DNA of 64,000 bases, taken from a bacterium (lineage in GTDB: Bacteria; Hydrothermota; Tepidihabitantia; SM23-42). Location: assembly GCA_049647125.1 (NCBI GenBank), contig JBARXC010000151.1, positions 107,956 to 171,955 of the forward strand. The letters are read 5' to 3'. The position numbers and the translations under genes were made by a program. This document shows positions 1 to 8,670 of this stretch, in pieces; positions within the stretch are counted from its first letter, which is position 1; the number at the start of each line of letters is the position of its first letter. Below the pieces are notes generated by a model, which was not told the origin of the DNA, did no database searches, and was given only the letters and a program-made list of their open reading frames with translations.

Positions 1-105
1 GTGACCTCGCTTAATCAGCCTTGAAAAAATCTCATAGAGGTAGACCTCAGCACCACCGGCTAATGGATTTTTCCAATCCTGCCAGTTGATAACCAAGATT
101 GTCAT
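1..105 (-). CDS. glycosyltransferase (GT-B, group 1/family 4-like), N-terminal fragment running off the window
   Basis: ATG at 105-103. Translation MTILVINWQDWKNPLAGGAEVYLYEIFSRLIKRGH resembles group-1 glycosyltransferase N-termini (recollection). An in-frame stop lies upstream. Too short for the ORF track. Confidence 0.4.
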   Translation of the reverse strand, partial: MTILVINWQDWKNPLAGGAEVYLYEIFSRLIKRGH

Positions 106-152
106 CTTAATAAGTGAAAAGTTAGAAGGAGAAAGTTAAACGTTAAAATGAT

Positions 153-210
153 GTATTCGTAATTCGTTTTTCGTATTCGTATTTTGACATTTGGATTTGG
201 TTGTAATTTG
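153..210. repeat. simple-sequence intergenic spacer (TTCGTA-type then TTGGA-type short repeats), copy 1
   Basis: gtattcgtaattcgtttttcgtattcgtatttt...ttggatttggttgtaatttg. The first about 33 nt are about 85% identical to 13472-13505. Confidence 0.6.
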
Positions 211-246
211 TTATTTGATATTCTTTTCTGTACATTCAAAGCCGTG

Positions 247-1164
247 TTAAGTCTTCGCACGCCAATAATTGAGCAGATCCTCCAGAGTTTTTTCAAATTC
301 AAATTTCGGCTTCCACCCGGTGAGCTTGGCAAACTTACTTCCATTGCCAATAAGGACAGGTATATCGATCTTTCTCATTTTCGAAGGATCTGTTTTTATC
401 TCGAATTTAACCCGTGATAATTTCTGCAAAACGACCAAGGCTTGTTTAATAGTGTACCCTTTATTTGAAGCGATATTGTATACGTTACCGGTCTCGCATT
501 TTGATATCGCCAACTTGTAGCCACTTATGATATCCTGAATATTCATGAACTCCCGTTTTACATCCACATTACCGAGTTTAATCAAAGGCGGTTTCGTACC
601 CCGTTCTATCTCCACGATCTGTGCCGCTATCGACGGCAAAACAAAGTCTCTTGCTTGCCCTGGCCCGGTATGGGTAAAGGGTCTTAAGATCATAAAATCA
701 ATACCATTAAGCGCGTAATTTTGGCAGACTAACTCAGCCGCATACTTGCTGACCGCATAGGGGTTTTTCAGATTAATCTTGGCGGTCTCGGAAAGATCAC
801 TGCCACCACCGTATACTTCACACGTCGACACAAAGATGAATCTCACTTCTTTTTTCAAGGTTCTTGCCGCTTCCAGAAGATTAACTGTTCCTATCAGATT
901 TGTGTTATAGGTAAGGGGTGGATCACGAAATGATTTGGATACTGAACTGATAGCCGCAAGGTGGAAAATAGTATCAGGTTGATGGTCTTTAAGGACTTCC
1001 TTTGTCATTTCAAAATTCATGATATCCAGGGGAACATAAGAACCCTCTCTGGGTATCATCAACGGGTAAGATGTTGCAATGAGCTTATGAAGTTCCTCTT
1101 TCAACGTTTTAACAAGGTGTGAACCTACAAAACCCTCGCTGCCAGTGACCAGAATTGTCTTCAT
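247..1164 (-). CDS. NAD-dependent sugar epimerase/dehydratase (extended SDR)
   Basis: N-terminal Rossmann motif VTGSEGFVGSHL and catalytic YAVSK (YxxxK). ATGA overlap with the upstream SDR gene. Confidence 0.8.
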   Translation of the reverse strand: MKTILVTGSEGFVGSHLVKTLKEELHKLIATSYPLMIPREGSYVPLDIMNFEMTKEVLKDHQPDTIFHLAAISSVSKSFRDPPLTYNTNLIGTVNLLEAARTLKKEVRFIFVSTCEVYGGGSDLSETAKINLKNPYAVSKYAAELVCQNYALNGIDFMILRPFTHTGPGQARDFVLPSIAAQIVEIERGTKPPLIKLGNVDVKREFMNIQDIISGYKLAISKCETGNVYNIASNKGYTIKQALVVLQKLSRVKFEIKTDPSKMRKIDIPVLIGNGSKFAKLTGWKPKFEFEKTLEDLLNYWRAKT

Positions 1165-2117
1165 GTGATTCTTTGTCGCCAGTACTCCAATAGATCCCTT
1201 AATGTTTGGTCAAATGGTATAGCTGGCTTCCAACCAGTTGCCTTCTTGAATTTCTCCGCTGAGCCGATGAGCAATTCAACATCAGAAGGTCTTATTCTTG
1301 ATGGATCTGTTTCTATTTTTAGATTTACCTTTGATAACGCAATGAGCTTGTCCAGCATATCTTTTATTTTTACACCAACGCCTGATGAGATGTTGTAGAT
1401 CTCACCAGGTTCTCCCTTTGACAATGAAAAAGCATAGGCTTTAGCCACATCACGGACATCAAGAAAATCACGTACCGCCTCCAAGTTACCCACCTGGATC
1501 ACGGGTTTCCTTTTTCCTTTTTCGATCTCAATAATCTGCTTGGCGAAATTCGAAGTTGCAAACACTGCTCCTCGGCGTGGTCCGGTATGATTAAAGGCGC
1601 GCGTCCTCACAACTTTCAAACCATAGCTCTTAAAATATTGATAGCCCAAAAAATCCTGGGTTACTTTGCTCACGCCATATGGACTGAGCGGTCTCAACGG
1701 ATTTGTTTCTTTGATGGGTACCTCATTCGGATAAACCATACCGTATTCTTCACTCGAACCGGCGATATGTATATATGGATCCAACTTAGCCGCTCTCACC
1801 GCTTCAAATAAATTAACTTCCCCGATTATATTGGTAGTGAGGGTTTCTTGAGGTGCACGCCATGAAAAAAGGACATAGCTCTGCGCGGCAAGATGGAAAA
1901 TCTGGTCAGGCTTTATTTGTTCGATAATCGTGTTTACTGAAAAGGCATCTTTTATGTCACATTCATAAAGCCGGATTTTATCCTGAATCCCCATGATATT
2001 TTGTCGATCTGAACGCCACTTTATTGTTCCATAAACCTCATGCTTGCCCCCATCCAGGAAATATTCGGCGAGGTGACTTCCAACAAAACCGGAGATTCCG
2101 GTTATTAGTATTCTCAT
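1161..2117 (-). CDS. NAD-dependent epimerase/dehydratase, GDP-mannose dehydratase/reductase-like (extended SDR)
   Basis: ITGISGFVGSHL Rossmann motif, YGVSK catalytic motif, 318 aa. 4-nt overlaps on both sides. Confidence 0.8.
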   Translation of the reverse strand: MRILITGISGFVGSHLAEYFLDGGKHEVYGTIKWRSDRQNIMGIQDKIRLYECDIKDAFSVNTIIEQIKPDQIFHLAAQSYVLFSWRAPQETLTTNIIGEVNLFEAVRAAKLDPYIHIAGSSEEYGMVYPNEVPIKETNPLRPLSPYGVSKVTQDFLGYQYFKSYGLKVVRTRAFNHTGPRRGAVFATSNFAKQIIEIEKGKRKPVIQVGNLEAVRDFLDVRDVAKAYAFSLSKGEPGEIYNISSGVGVKIKDMLDKLIALSKVNLKIETDPSRIRPSDVELLIGSAEKFKKATGWKPAIPFDQTLRDLLEYWRQRIT

Positions 2118-2881
2118 ATATTCTCCTTGAAGTTTAATAGAAACGGTAAGTATCCAACAGGATCAACTGATTTTTGGCGAAATCTTACTTCATAATGCAA
2201 ATGCGGAGACGTCGATTTACCGGTTGAACCAATCGTCCCAATGACCTTACCGCCGGCAACCCGGTCATTGGGTCTTACAGCAACTGAGTTCAAGTGTCCG
2301 TAAAACGTCGAGTAATTAACGTTGTGGTCAACAATCACATAGTTGCCGAACGCTGCATCCCAACCTACTGCTTTGACAACCCCGGAAGCTGCGGCGACTA
2401 CCGGTGAAAAACGAGGGGCGGCAATATCGATGCCAGTATGTTCAAGACTGAAACTCCTTGAGATTCTGCCGTGCGTGGGTAATAGCGCCGGGATATTCCC
2501 TTCGTTATTTGATACCATTTCTATCTTGCGCGAATAATCGTGGCTCACTTTGTCCAGCTCGGGTTCAACCTCAGCTGGGGTTTCTTCAATACCCAGCATT
2601 AGCTTTATTTTCTTGTTGTGCATTTCAGTACGCTCAAGGTTTTCCTTAATCTCCTGAAGTTTAGCAAATTCCCGCTCTATTTCTGCATTACGACGTTTAA
2701 GGATAACCGTCTCCAGCGCTCGATAATACACTCTTGAATAATTGATCGTAACATATCCGAGAATAACAACTACAATGAAAACAGTAGCAATTACTATCTT
2801 CAGGCATTTTTTTGTAATGAAAAGGTACTTGGTTCTACCCGATTCAGTAGATGTCAAGACAACTGAATAACCCTTTTTCAT
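2114..2881 (-). CDS. M23 family metallopeptidase with N-terminal TM and coiled-coil
   Basis: HTGIDIAAP (HxxxD) and GSTGKSTSPHLHYEV (HxH) zinc-binding motifs. Hydrophobic segment near the N-terminus. Confidence 0.85.
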   Translation of the reverse strand: MKKGYSVVLTSTESGRTKYLFITKKCLKIVIATVFIVVVILGYVTINYSRVYYRALETVILKRRNAEIEREFAKLQEIKENLERTEMHNKKIKLMLGIEETPAEVEPELDKVSHDYSRKIEMVSNNEGNIPALLPTHGRISRSFSLEHTGIDIAAPRFSPVVAAASGVVKAVGWDAAFGNYVIVDHNVNYSTFYGHLNSVAVRPNDRVAGGKVIGTIGSTGKSTSPHLHYEVRFRQKSVDPVGYLPFLLNFKENI

Positions 2882-2883
2882 GA

Positions 2884-3897
2884 CTAGGACAATCCTTTCT
2901 CACACACCGAGAGCAATAATTTGATAGTACCTTCAACATCGCCAAGATCGCACATTTCATTTGTGGAATGAATGTACCTTGTCGGTATCGAGAGAACACC
3001 GCTCAAGACGCCCTCTTTGATAATCTGGACAACTGCCGCATCAGTAGTACCCCTTTCAAGAATTTCGAGTTGATATGCAGTATCTGTTTCCTTTGCATAG
3101 GCAACAAGCTTGTTTTTGACGATCGGGCTGGCAAGAAACATGGCATCCTTTACTTTTATAGCCGGTCCTTTACCAAGACCAACGTCCATTTTACGACACT
3201 CTGGCGTATCGCCGGTAACAGTAACATCAACTGCAATCGCATAATCAGGTGCAATTGCGTAGGCACCTGTCCGGGCGCCTCTTAAGCCCACTTCTTCCTG
3301 AACTGAAAAGACAAAGTACAGATCATCTTTGTTTTCTTTGAGTAGCTTCATAGTCTCGATAAGACAATAGCAACCAATGCGGTCATCGAGTGCTTTTGAT
3401 GTCATTCGATTATTTATGATAACTGCTTGTTGATAAAACGATGCAATATCACCAATACTAACCTTATCTTCGGCCTCTTTTTTTTCTTGTGCACTGATAT
3501 CAATAAATAGGTTGTCAATGCGCGGCGGCTTTGGTGTCTCTGGCTTTGTTTCAACACCAATGAAACCCATCGTGCCATTTTCAAATATGATACGCTGGTT
3601 CACTATGCGTTCAAGCGATAAGCCGCCGATATTAGTGAACCTCAAAAAACCTTTCTTATCGATATGCGTAACAATGAGTCCTATTTCATCCATGTGTGCG
3701 CAGAACATTATCCTGGTATTTTTTTCCTTTTTGACACCGTCTTTAGATTTAGCCGGGACATATGCTATTAGGTTGCCGAGTCGATCTACTTCCATTCTCT
3801 GACAGCTATTTCCAATCTCAGACTCGATCATTTTTCTAATCTTATCTTCCCGCCCTGATGGTCCGTATGCATTGCAGAGTTTTTTTGCTAATTCCAT
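2884..3897 (-). CDS. M42 family aminopeptidase (FrvX/endoglucanase-like), paralog 2
   Basis: CAHMDEIGL, ALDDRIGC and QEEVGLRGA motifs typical of M42 peptidases. Confidence 0.85.
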   Translation of the reverse strand: MELAKKLCNAYGPSGREDKIRKMIESEIGNSCQRMEVDRLGNLIAYVPAKSKDGVKKEKNTRIMFCAHMDEIGLIVTHIDKKGFLRFTNIGGLSLERIVNQRIIFENGTMGFIGVETKPETPKPPRIDNLFIDISAQEKKEAEDKVSIGDIASFYQQAVIINNRMTSKALDDRIGCYCLIETMKLLKENKDDLYFVFSVQEEVGLRGARTGAYAIAPDYAIAVDVTVTGDTPECRKMDVGLGKGPAIKVKDAMFLASPIVKNKLVAYAKETDTAYQLEILERGTTDAAVVQIIKEGVLSGVLSIPTRYIHSTNEMCDLGDVEGTIKLLLSVCEKGLS

Positions 3898-4901
3898 AAA
3901 GACTCCTCCTTACGTGCTTTCTCAATACTGACGGCCAATAATTTGATGCCGAGTTCTATGTCTTTCTTGGAAGCGATTGACAATGGTGAATGGATGTATC
4001 TTGCCGGGGTCTGGAGGGCAGCGGTGCGCACGCCTTTTCTGCTAATATGAATAGGACCGGCATCCGTACCGCCAATCATTGGTTTTTTCAACTGATAGGG
4101 GATGTTCTGTTCACGTGCGGTAGCCTGCAGGAGTGATACAAGCTGCTTATCGCATATGATCGAACGGTCAGCCACTGTGATAACTGGACCTTTACGGATC
4201 TGGGGGTATTGAGGGATGTCCTTATCTGAAGGCCATTCACCTGAAGCAGTTGTATCAACGGCAAATGCAATATCAGGACATACCCGAAAGGCAACTATCC
4301 CAGCACCCCGAAGCCCTGCTTCCTCTTGTACAGTAAAGGCACAATGCATCGGCAAGTCAGTGTGTTTGAGTAAGTGAATCAGTATATGGCATCCAATGCG
4401 ATCATCAAATGCTTTGCCAAAAATAGTATCGCCATCTTCGCGATATTTTGTATCAAAAGTGCCCAAATCACCGACTTTTATCAGTTTTTCAGCCTCGTCT
4501 TTTGAGGAAACACCAATATCTATAAAGAGATTCTTGACCTCGGGTAATTTTGTCTTTTCGTCTTCTTTCATTTGATGAATTGGTTTCGTGCCGATCACAC
4601 CGTTGACAGACTTATCACCTATTATTACTCTTTTGGCAAGGATTACTTGTGGTAAAACACCGATCGTAGAGAACTTCAGCAACCCTTTCTTTTCAATACC
4701 AACAATCATAAAACCCACTTCGTCCATATGCGCGGTAAGGAGTATTTTGGGCTTTTTCGCATCTCCTTTTCGAACGATTAAATTACCATAAGGATCTTCA
4801 ATTATTTCATCGACATCTTGTTCTATTTTGGTCCTGATAAACTCCCTAATTTTGCGCTCACCACCGCTCACGCCGACTAATTCGCTCAATTCCTTTAGCA
4901 T
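3888..4901 (-). CDS. M42 family aminopeptidase, paralog 1 (start moved to MLKEL)
   Basis: TAHMDEVGF, FDDRIGCH and VQEEAGLRGA motifs. A consensus promoter lies inside the ORF-track N-terminal extension, so ATG 4901-4899 is preferred. Confidence 0.85.
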   Translation of the reverse strand: MLKELSELVGVSGGERKIREFIRTKIEQDVDEIIEDPYGNLIVRKGDAKKPKILLTAHMDEVGFMIVGIEKKGLLKFSTIGVLPQVILAKRVIIGDKSVNGVIGTKPIHQMKEDEKTKLPEVKNLFIDIGVSSKDEAEKLIKVGDLGTFDTKYREDGDTIFGKAFDDRIGCHILIHLLKHTDLPMHCAFTVQEEAGLRGAGIVAFRVCPDIAFAVDTTASGEWPSDKDIPQYPQIRKGPVITVADRSIICDKQLVSLLQATAREQNIPYQLKKPMIGGTDAGPIHISRKGVRTAALQTPARYIHSPLSIASKKDIELGIKLLAVSIEKARKEESLWN

Positions 4902-4907
4902 AGGCAA

Positions 4908-4935
4908 ATTATATCTAATAACCACTTATTGTCAA
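4908..4935 (-). promoter_or_regulatory. sigma70-type promoter of the M42-M42-M23-SDR-SDR gene string; predicts a leaderless mRNA
   Basis: Minus strand reads TTGACA-16 nt-TATAAT-ttgcct-ATG, so only 6 nt separate the -10 from the ATG. Confidence 0.5.
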
Positions 4936-4948
4936 CACGATAGTCCCC

Positions 4949-4976
4949 TTGACATTTCGTCTCAGCGTGGTAATAT
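4949..4976 (+). promoter_or_regulatory. sigma70-type promoter of the Gly-rich T9SS cargo gene
   Basis: TTGACA-16 nt-TAATAT, followed by aaaagaGGAGGtcatATG. Back-to-back with the 4908-4935 promoter. Confidence 0.4.
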
Positions 4977-4991
4977 AAAAGAGGAGGTCAT

Positions 4992-6110
4992 ATGATCTAT
5001 CTTGCGATATTTTCATTGGTTTTTGGCTATGTTTATGAGGACAACGATAGCCTTATTGTACAAAATGACAGCCTAGTCATTTGTGGCGATCACCAGTACA
5101 ATATCAAGGTCCACATCTCTAATGCGGGCAAACTCAAAGTAACGCGATGGAGCGCAGCAGCCGATTCTTTTGGTAAACTGAACATCAATGCTCCGGTCTC
5201 CATCATTGAGGATTCTTCATCAATAATCGGCTCTGAACTCGGTTATTTTGGCGCGTATATGAATAGCCATGCTTGGGGTTATGGCCCTGGCGGTGGCGGT
5301 GCTGGCGGTGTTGGCGGCGGTGCTGGCGGCGGCGGCGCTTATGGTGGTAATGGCGGTGCCGGCGGTGATATTTACCCTGGTTCTGGAGGGAATGCCTATG
5401 GTGATCCACAAGATACCTTGATTGATATAGGTTCTGGTGGTGGTGCAGGTCGTTTGAGCGCGCTCAATGGTGCTGGTGGAGATGGCGGCGCTGAGATTTC
5501 CTTGAGGGCTCAGTATATGCTCTTGGATTCATCATATATTTTAACAAATGGACAGCGAGGTCATGACGGTTCACTAGAAGCAGGCGGCGGCGGCGCAGGC
5601 GGTGGTGTAATGTTCTGGGCAGACAGCATGGTCATAAACTATGTGGCAATCACAGCCAATGGAGGAAATGGCGGCGACGGTTCATTTGGCGGTGGCGGCG
5701 GCGCAGGCGGTGGTCGTATAAAGCTATTCTACACCAATTCTCTCGATACTACTCATCTAAGTATGTCAGCCCAGGGCGGTAATCCAGGCACTGGCACCAT
5801 TGGTAACCCAGAACCCGGTTCTCCAGGTAGCATACATATTGCCCAGATCGTCGGCATTGAGGAAATTGCAAGCGGCTTAGAGCCAAGGTTTTTTCTCCAA
5901 TCTCATATCGTAAGGTATCAAGCCATAATGCATGTAGCTGAACCACCCGTCGTTCTCCATCTTTATGATGCAACAGGCTGTCTTGTTAAGTCATTCCGAC
6001 TTGAAAAAACCACTGAATGCCTCAAACTCAGGGATCTGGCACAGGGTGTTTATTTCTTGAAAGTAGGGTTAAAGAACAATAGGGTTGAAAAAATAATCCT
6101 CTTGAAATAG
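4992..6110 (+). CDS. secreted glycine-rich protein with T9SS C-terminal sorting domain
   Basis: GGAGG RBS and hydrophobic N-terminus. Several poly-Gly/GGxGG blocks alternate with beta-strand-like segments. C-terminus ...LHLYDATGCLVKSF...AQGVYFLKV...KIILLK matches the Por-secretion-tail pattern. Confidence 0.7.
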   Translation: MIYLAIFSLVFGYVYEDNDSLIVQNDSLVICGDHQYNIKVHISNAGKLKVTRWSAAADSFGKLNINAPVSIIEDSSSIIGSELGYFGAYMNSHAWGYGPGGGGAGGVGGGAGGGGAYGGNGGAGGDIYPGSGGNAYGDPQDTLIDIGSGGGAGRLSALNGAGGDGGAEISLRAQYMLLDSSYILTNGQRGHDGSLEAGGGGAGGGVMFWADSMVINYVAITANGGNGGDGSFGGGGGAGGGRIKLFYTNSLDTTHLSMSAQGGNPGTGTIGNPEPGSPGSIHIAQIVGIEEIASGLEPRFFLQSHIVRYQAIMHVAEPPVVLHLYDATGCLVKSFRLEKTTECLKLRDLAQGVYFLKVGLKNNRVEKIILLK

Positions 6111-6151
6111 AACAAGCAAACGTGGTATAGCAAGTTTACGCGTATCTAACA

Positions 6152-6382
6152 ATGCTAACGATCAAATGTGCAAAGTGTAAACGTAAGCTCTTTAAATATT
6201 TGAAAATCGGCAAGGGGCGGGTGCTTCATTGCTGGAAACAACGGATAAAAAACGATTTTACAATACATGACAATGATAAAATCAAATGCAAATGCGGACA
6301 AATAATCGGCATTGATCAGGGAAAGTGGATAAAGATGCGGCAAAAAGCATTCATCTATACTGGAAAAAAAGAAAACAAATAA
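6152..6382 (+). CDS. small Lys-rich zinc-ribbon-like protein (hypothetical)
   Basis: 76-aa ORF with CAKC...C...CKC cysteine spacing. No clear SD. Confidence 0.3.
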   Translation: MLTIKCAKCKRKLFKYLKIGKGRVLHCWKQRIKNDFTIHDNDKIKCKCGQIIGIDQGKWIKMRQKAFIYTGKKENK

Positions 6383-6404
6383 CCCTCAGACCCATATATT
6401 TTGC

Positions 6405-6432
6405 TTGCTTTTTTAGAAAAAGTAAATATAAT
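6405..6432 (+). promoter_or_regulatory. candidate promoter for pckG
   Basis: TTGCTT-16 nt-TATAAT about 100 nt upstream of the pckG ATG. AAGGAGG RBS at about 6519. Confidence 0.3.
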
Positions 6433-6532
6433 AAATAGACTAATTAGACTAAAGAAGTAGTCGGGTTAAATAATCCCTATTTTAAATAAGTTTCAAGGTT
6501 CAATAACAAACCATATTAAGGAGGTTAAAAAG

Positions 6533-8413
6533 ATGGACGACAAAACTATGGATTTTTTAAAGCAAAGATTAGGCGATAATGGCTATAATAAGCTAATGAA
6601 GATCAATAACCCTACTCTGCATGAATTCATTGCGAAATATATTGATCATTGCAACCCTGATAAGGTCTTCATTTGCACTGATGCGCCTGAAGACATCAAA
6701 TACATCAGGGACGCAGCCATTAGAAATAGTGAAGAAACCCAGCTCGCAACCGAAGGTCACACCATTCACTTTGATTCCTACTATGACCAGGCACGCGATA
6801 AAGCCCACACCCTAATCCTTATGCCTAAAGGTGCAAAACTTGACAAATCAATAAAGACCGGTGACCGCGACGAATGTCTCAAAGAAGTGCATGACATCAT
6901 GAAAGATATTATGAATGGCAAAGAGGTTTACGTACGTTTTTTCTGCCTCGGTCCGACCAAATCAGAGTTCTCACAACCAGTTATCCAGCTAACTGATTCT
7001 GCCTATGTAGCACACAGTGAAGATATTCTATATCGTCAGGGTTTTGAAGAATTTGTCCGGCAGGGGAAAAATGAGAAATTCTTCAAGATCGTCCATTCGG
7101 CTGGTGAGCTTGATGAACGTAATACGAGCAAAAATCTTGATAAGCGAAGAATATACATCGATTTAGAAAATGATATTGTATACAGCGCCAATACCCAATA
7201 TGGCGGCAACACGATCGGACTCAAGAAATTAGCCATGCGTCTGGCGATTAATCGCGGTTCTAAAGAAGGCTGGCTCACCGAACACATGCTGGTCATGGCC
7301 GTGCACGGTCCTAATGACCGGGTTACTTATTTTACCGGTGCTTTCCCTTCGTTGTGTGGTAAGACATCCACGGCAATGCTTGATAATGAAACAGTAGTGG
7401 GTGACGACATTGCCTATCTCAGAAAGATAAACAATGAGGTCCGTGCCGTAAATGTCGAGGCAGGAGTATTTGGTATAATCATGGGGATAAATTCTAAGGA
7501 CGACCCGGGTATATGGAAGGCATTACATGCGCCGACTGAAATAATCTTCTCAAACATTCTGATGACCCCAGAAAAAGGCGTTCACTGGATTGACAAAGAT
7601 GGCGAAGTTCCTGCAAAAGGACAGAATCACTCAGGAGAATGGGAAATTGGCAAGCAAGACAAAGACGGCAAAGAAATCACGGTTTCGCACCGGAATGCAC
7701 GCTTTACTATCGGCTTGGAGAATTTCAGTAACCTTGATCCAACACTCCATGACCCAAAGGGTGTTGCCATCGGCGGTATGGTGTACGGTGGCAGGGACTC
7801 AGACACCTGCGTACCTATCGAAGAATCATTTGATTGGGCACACGGTATAATTTCAAAAGGTGCTTCTTTAGAATCCGAAACTACGGCAGCTACTTTAGGC
7901 AAGGAAGGGGTGAGGAAATTCAATCTCATGTCTAACCTTGACTTTCTTTCTATCCCAATCGCAAAATATCTCCAGGCGAATCTGGATTTTGCAAAGGACC
8001 TGAAAAAAACGCCACTCATTTTCGGGGTTAATTATTTCTTAAAAGGCAAAGATGGAAACTTCTTGAATGCAAAAACCGACAAGAAAATCTGGTACAAGTG
8101 GGCTGAACTGCGGGCAAATGGTGATGTTGGTGCTATTGATACACCAACCGGTCGTATCCCCAAATATGAGGATCTCAAACGTTTATTCAAAGAAGTTCTC
8201 AATAAAGACTATAGTCTTGAGGATTATAATAAGCAATTCATGGTCCGCGTCCCCGAAAGTCTCGCTAAGATAGAGCGAATAAAGAAGATCTATGAAACTG
8301 ATGTTATAGATGCGCCAAAGGTGCTGTTCGACACACTCGAAGCCCAAAAGCAGAGATTACTCGAAGCCCAAACAAAACACGGTGACTACATAACGCCTGA
8401 TAAACTGGTATAA
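6533..8413 (+). CDS. pckG: phosphoenolpyruvate carboxykinase (GTP)
   Basis: 626 aa. FPSLCGKTS kinase-1a P-loop and QYGGNTIGLKK motif, characteristic of GTP-dependent PEPCK. Confidence 0.9.
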   Translation: MDDKTMDFLKQRLGDNGYNKLMKINNPTLHEFIAKYIDHCNPDKVFICTDAPEDIKYIRDAAIRNSEETQLATEGHTIHFDSYYDQARDKAHTLILMPKGAKLDKSIKTGDRDECLKEVHDIMKDIMNGKEVYVRFFCLGPTKSEFSQPVIQLTDSAYVAHSEDILYRQGFEEFVRQGKNEKFFKIVHSAGELDERNTSKNLDKRRIYIDLENDIVYSANTQYGGNTIGLKKLAMRLAINRGSKEGWLTEHMLVMAVHGPNDRVTYFTGAFPSLCGKTSTAMLDNETVVGDDIAYLRKINNEVRAVNVEAGVFGIIMGINSKDDPGIWKALHAPTEIIFSNILMTPEKGVHWIDKDGEVPAKGQNHSGEWEIGKQDKDGKEITVSHRNARFTIGLENFSNLDPTLHDPKGVAIGGMVYGGRDSDTCVPIEESFDWAHGIISKGASLESETTAATLGKEGVRKFNLMSNLDFLSIPIAKYLQANLDFAKDLKKTPLIFGVNYFLKGKDGNFLNAKTDKKIWYKWAELRANGDVGAIDTPTGRIPKYEDLKRLFKEVLNKDYSLEDYNKQFMVRVPESLAKIERIKKIYETDVIDAPKVLFDTLEAQKQRLLEAQTKHGDYITPDKLV

Positions 8414-8461
8414 AAAAAGAAATCGCATATAGGGGTCGGTCAAAACTGAACTGCCGTATCA

Positions 8462-8622
8462 AATTGTAGTTGCCCAATTCACCCCGTTAGATACATGGTG
8501 GTTTTAATAGTGCGGAGTTTCGATGGAGACAGTTATCTAACGGGGTGAATTGGGCTCTGTCTGATAAACCTGTCCCGAGTATATCGCGGGGAACGCAGTT
8601 GAAGGATCAGACAACTACAATT
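8462..8622. repeat. 161-nt nested inverted-repeat intergenic element
   Basis: Outer 11-bp IR aattgtagttg/caactacaatt (8462-8472/8612-8622). Inner perfect 20-bp IR cccaattcaccccgttagat/atctaacggggtgaattggg (8473-8492/8535-8554, 42-nt loop). Third IR tgtctgat/atcagaca (8558-8565/8606-8613). Confidence 0.65.
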
Positions 8623-8670
8623 AAATACAGATTTACAATGATGATTATTAAAAAAATAATGGAGGTGTAA

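Noticed and set aside
5203-5411. Arg/His-rich minus-strand ORFs opposite the Gly-rich gene
   Set aside because: This is an antisense reading of GGC/GGT glycine codon runs. There is no start context.
4992-6110. Collagen-like or PE-PGRS identity for the Gly-rich protein
   Set aside because: There is no Gly-X-Y triplet periodicity and no PE domain. Only the general Gly-block architecture is shared.
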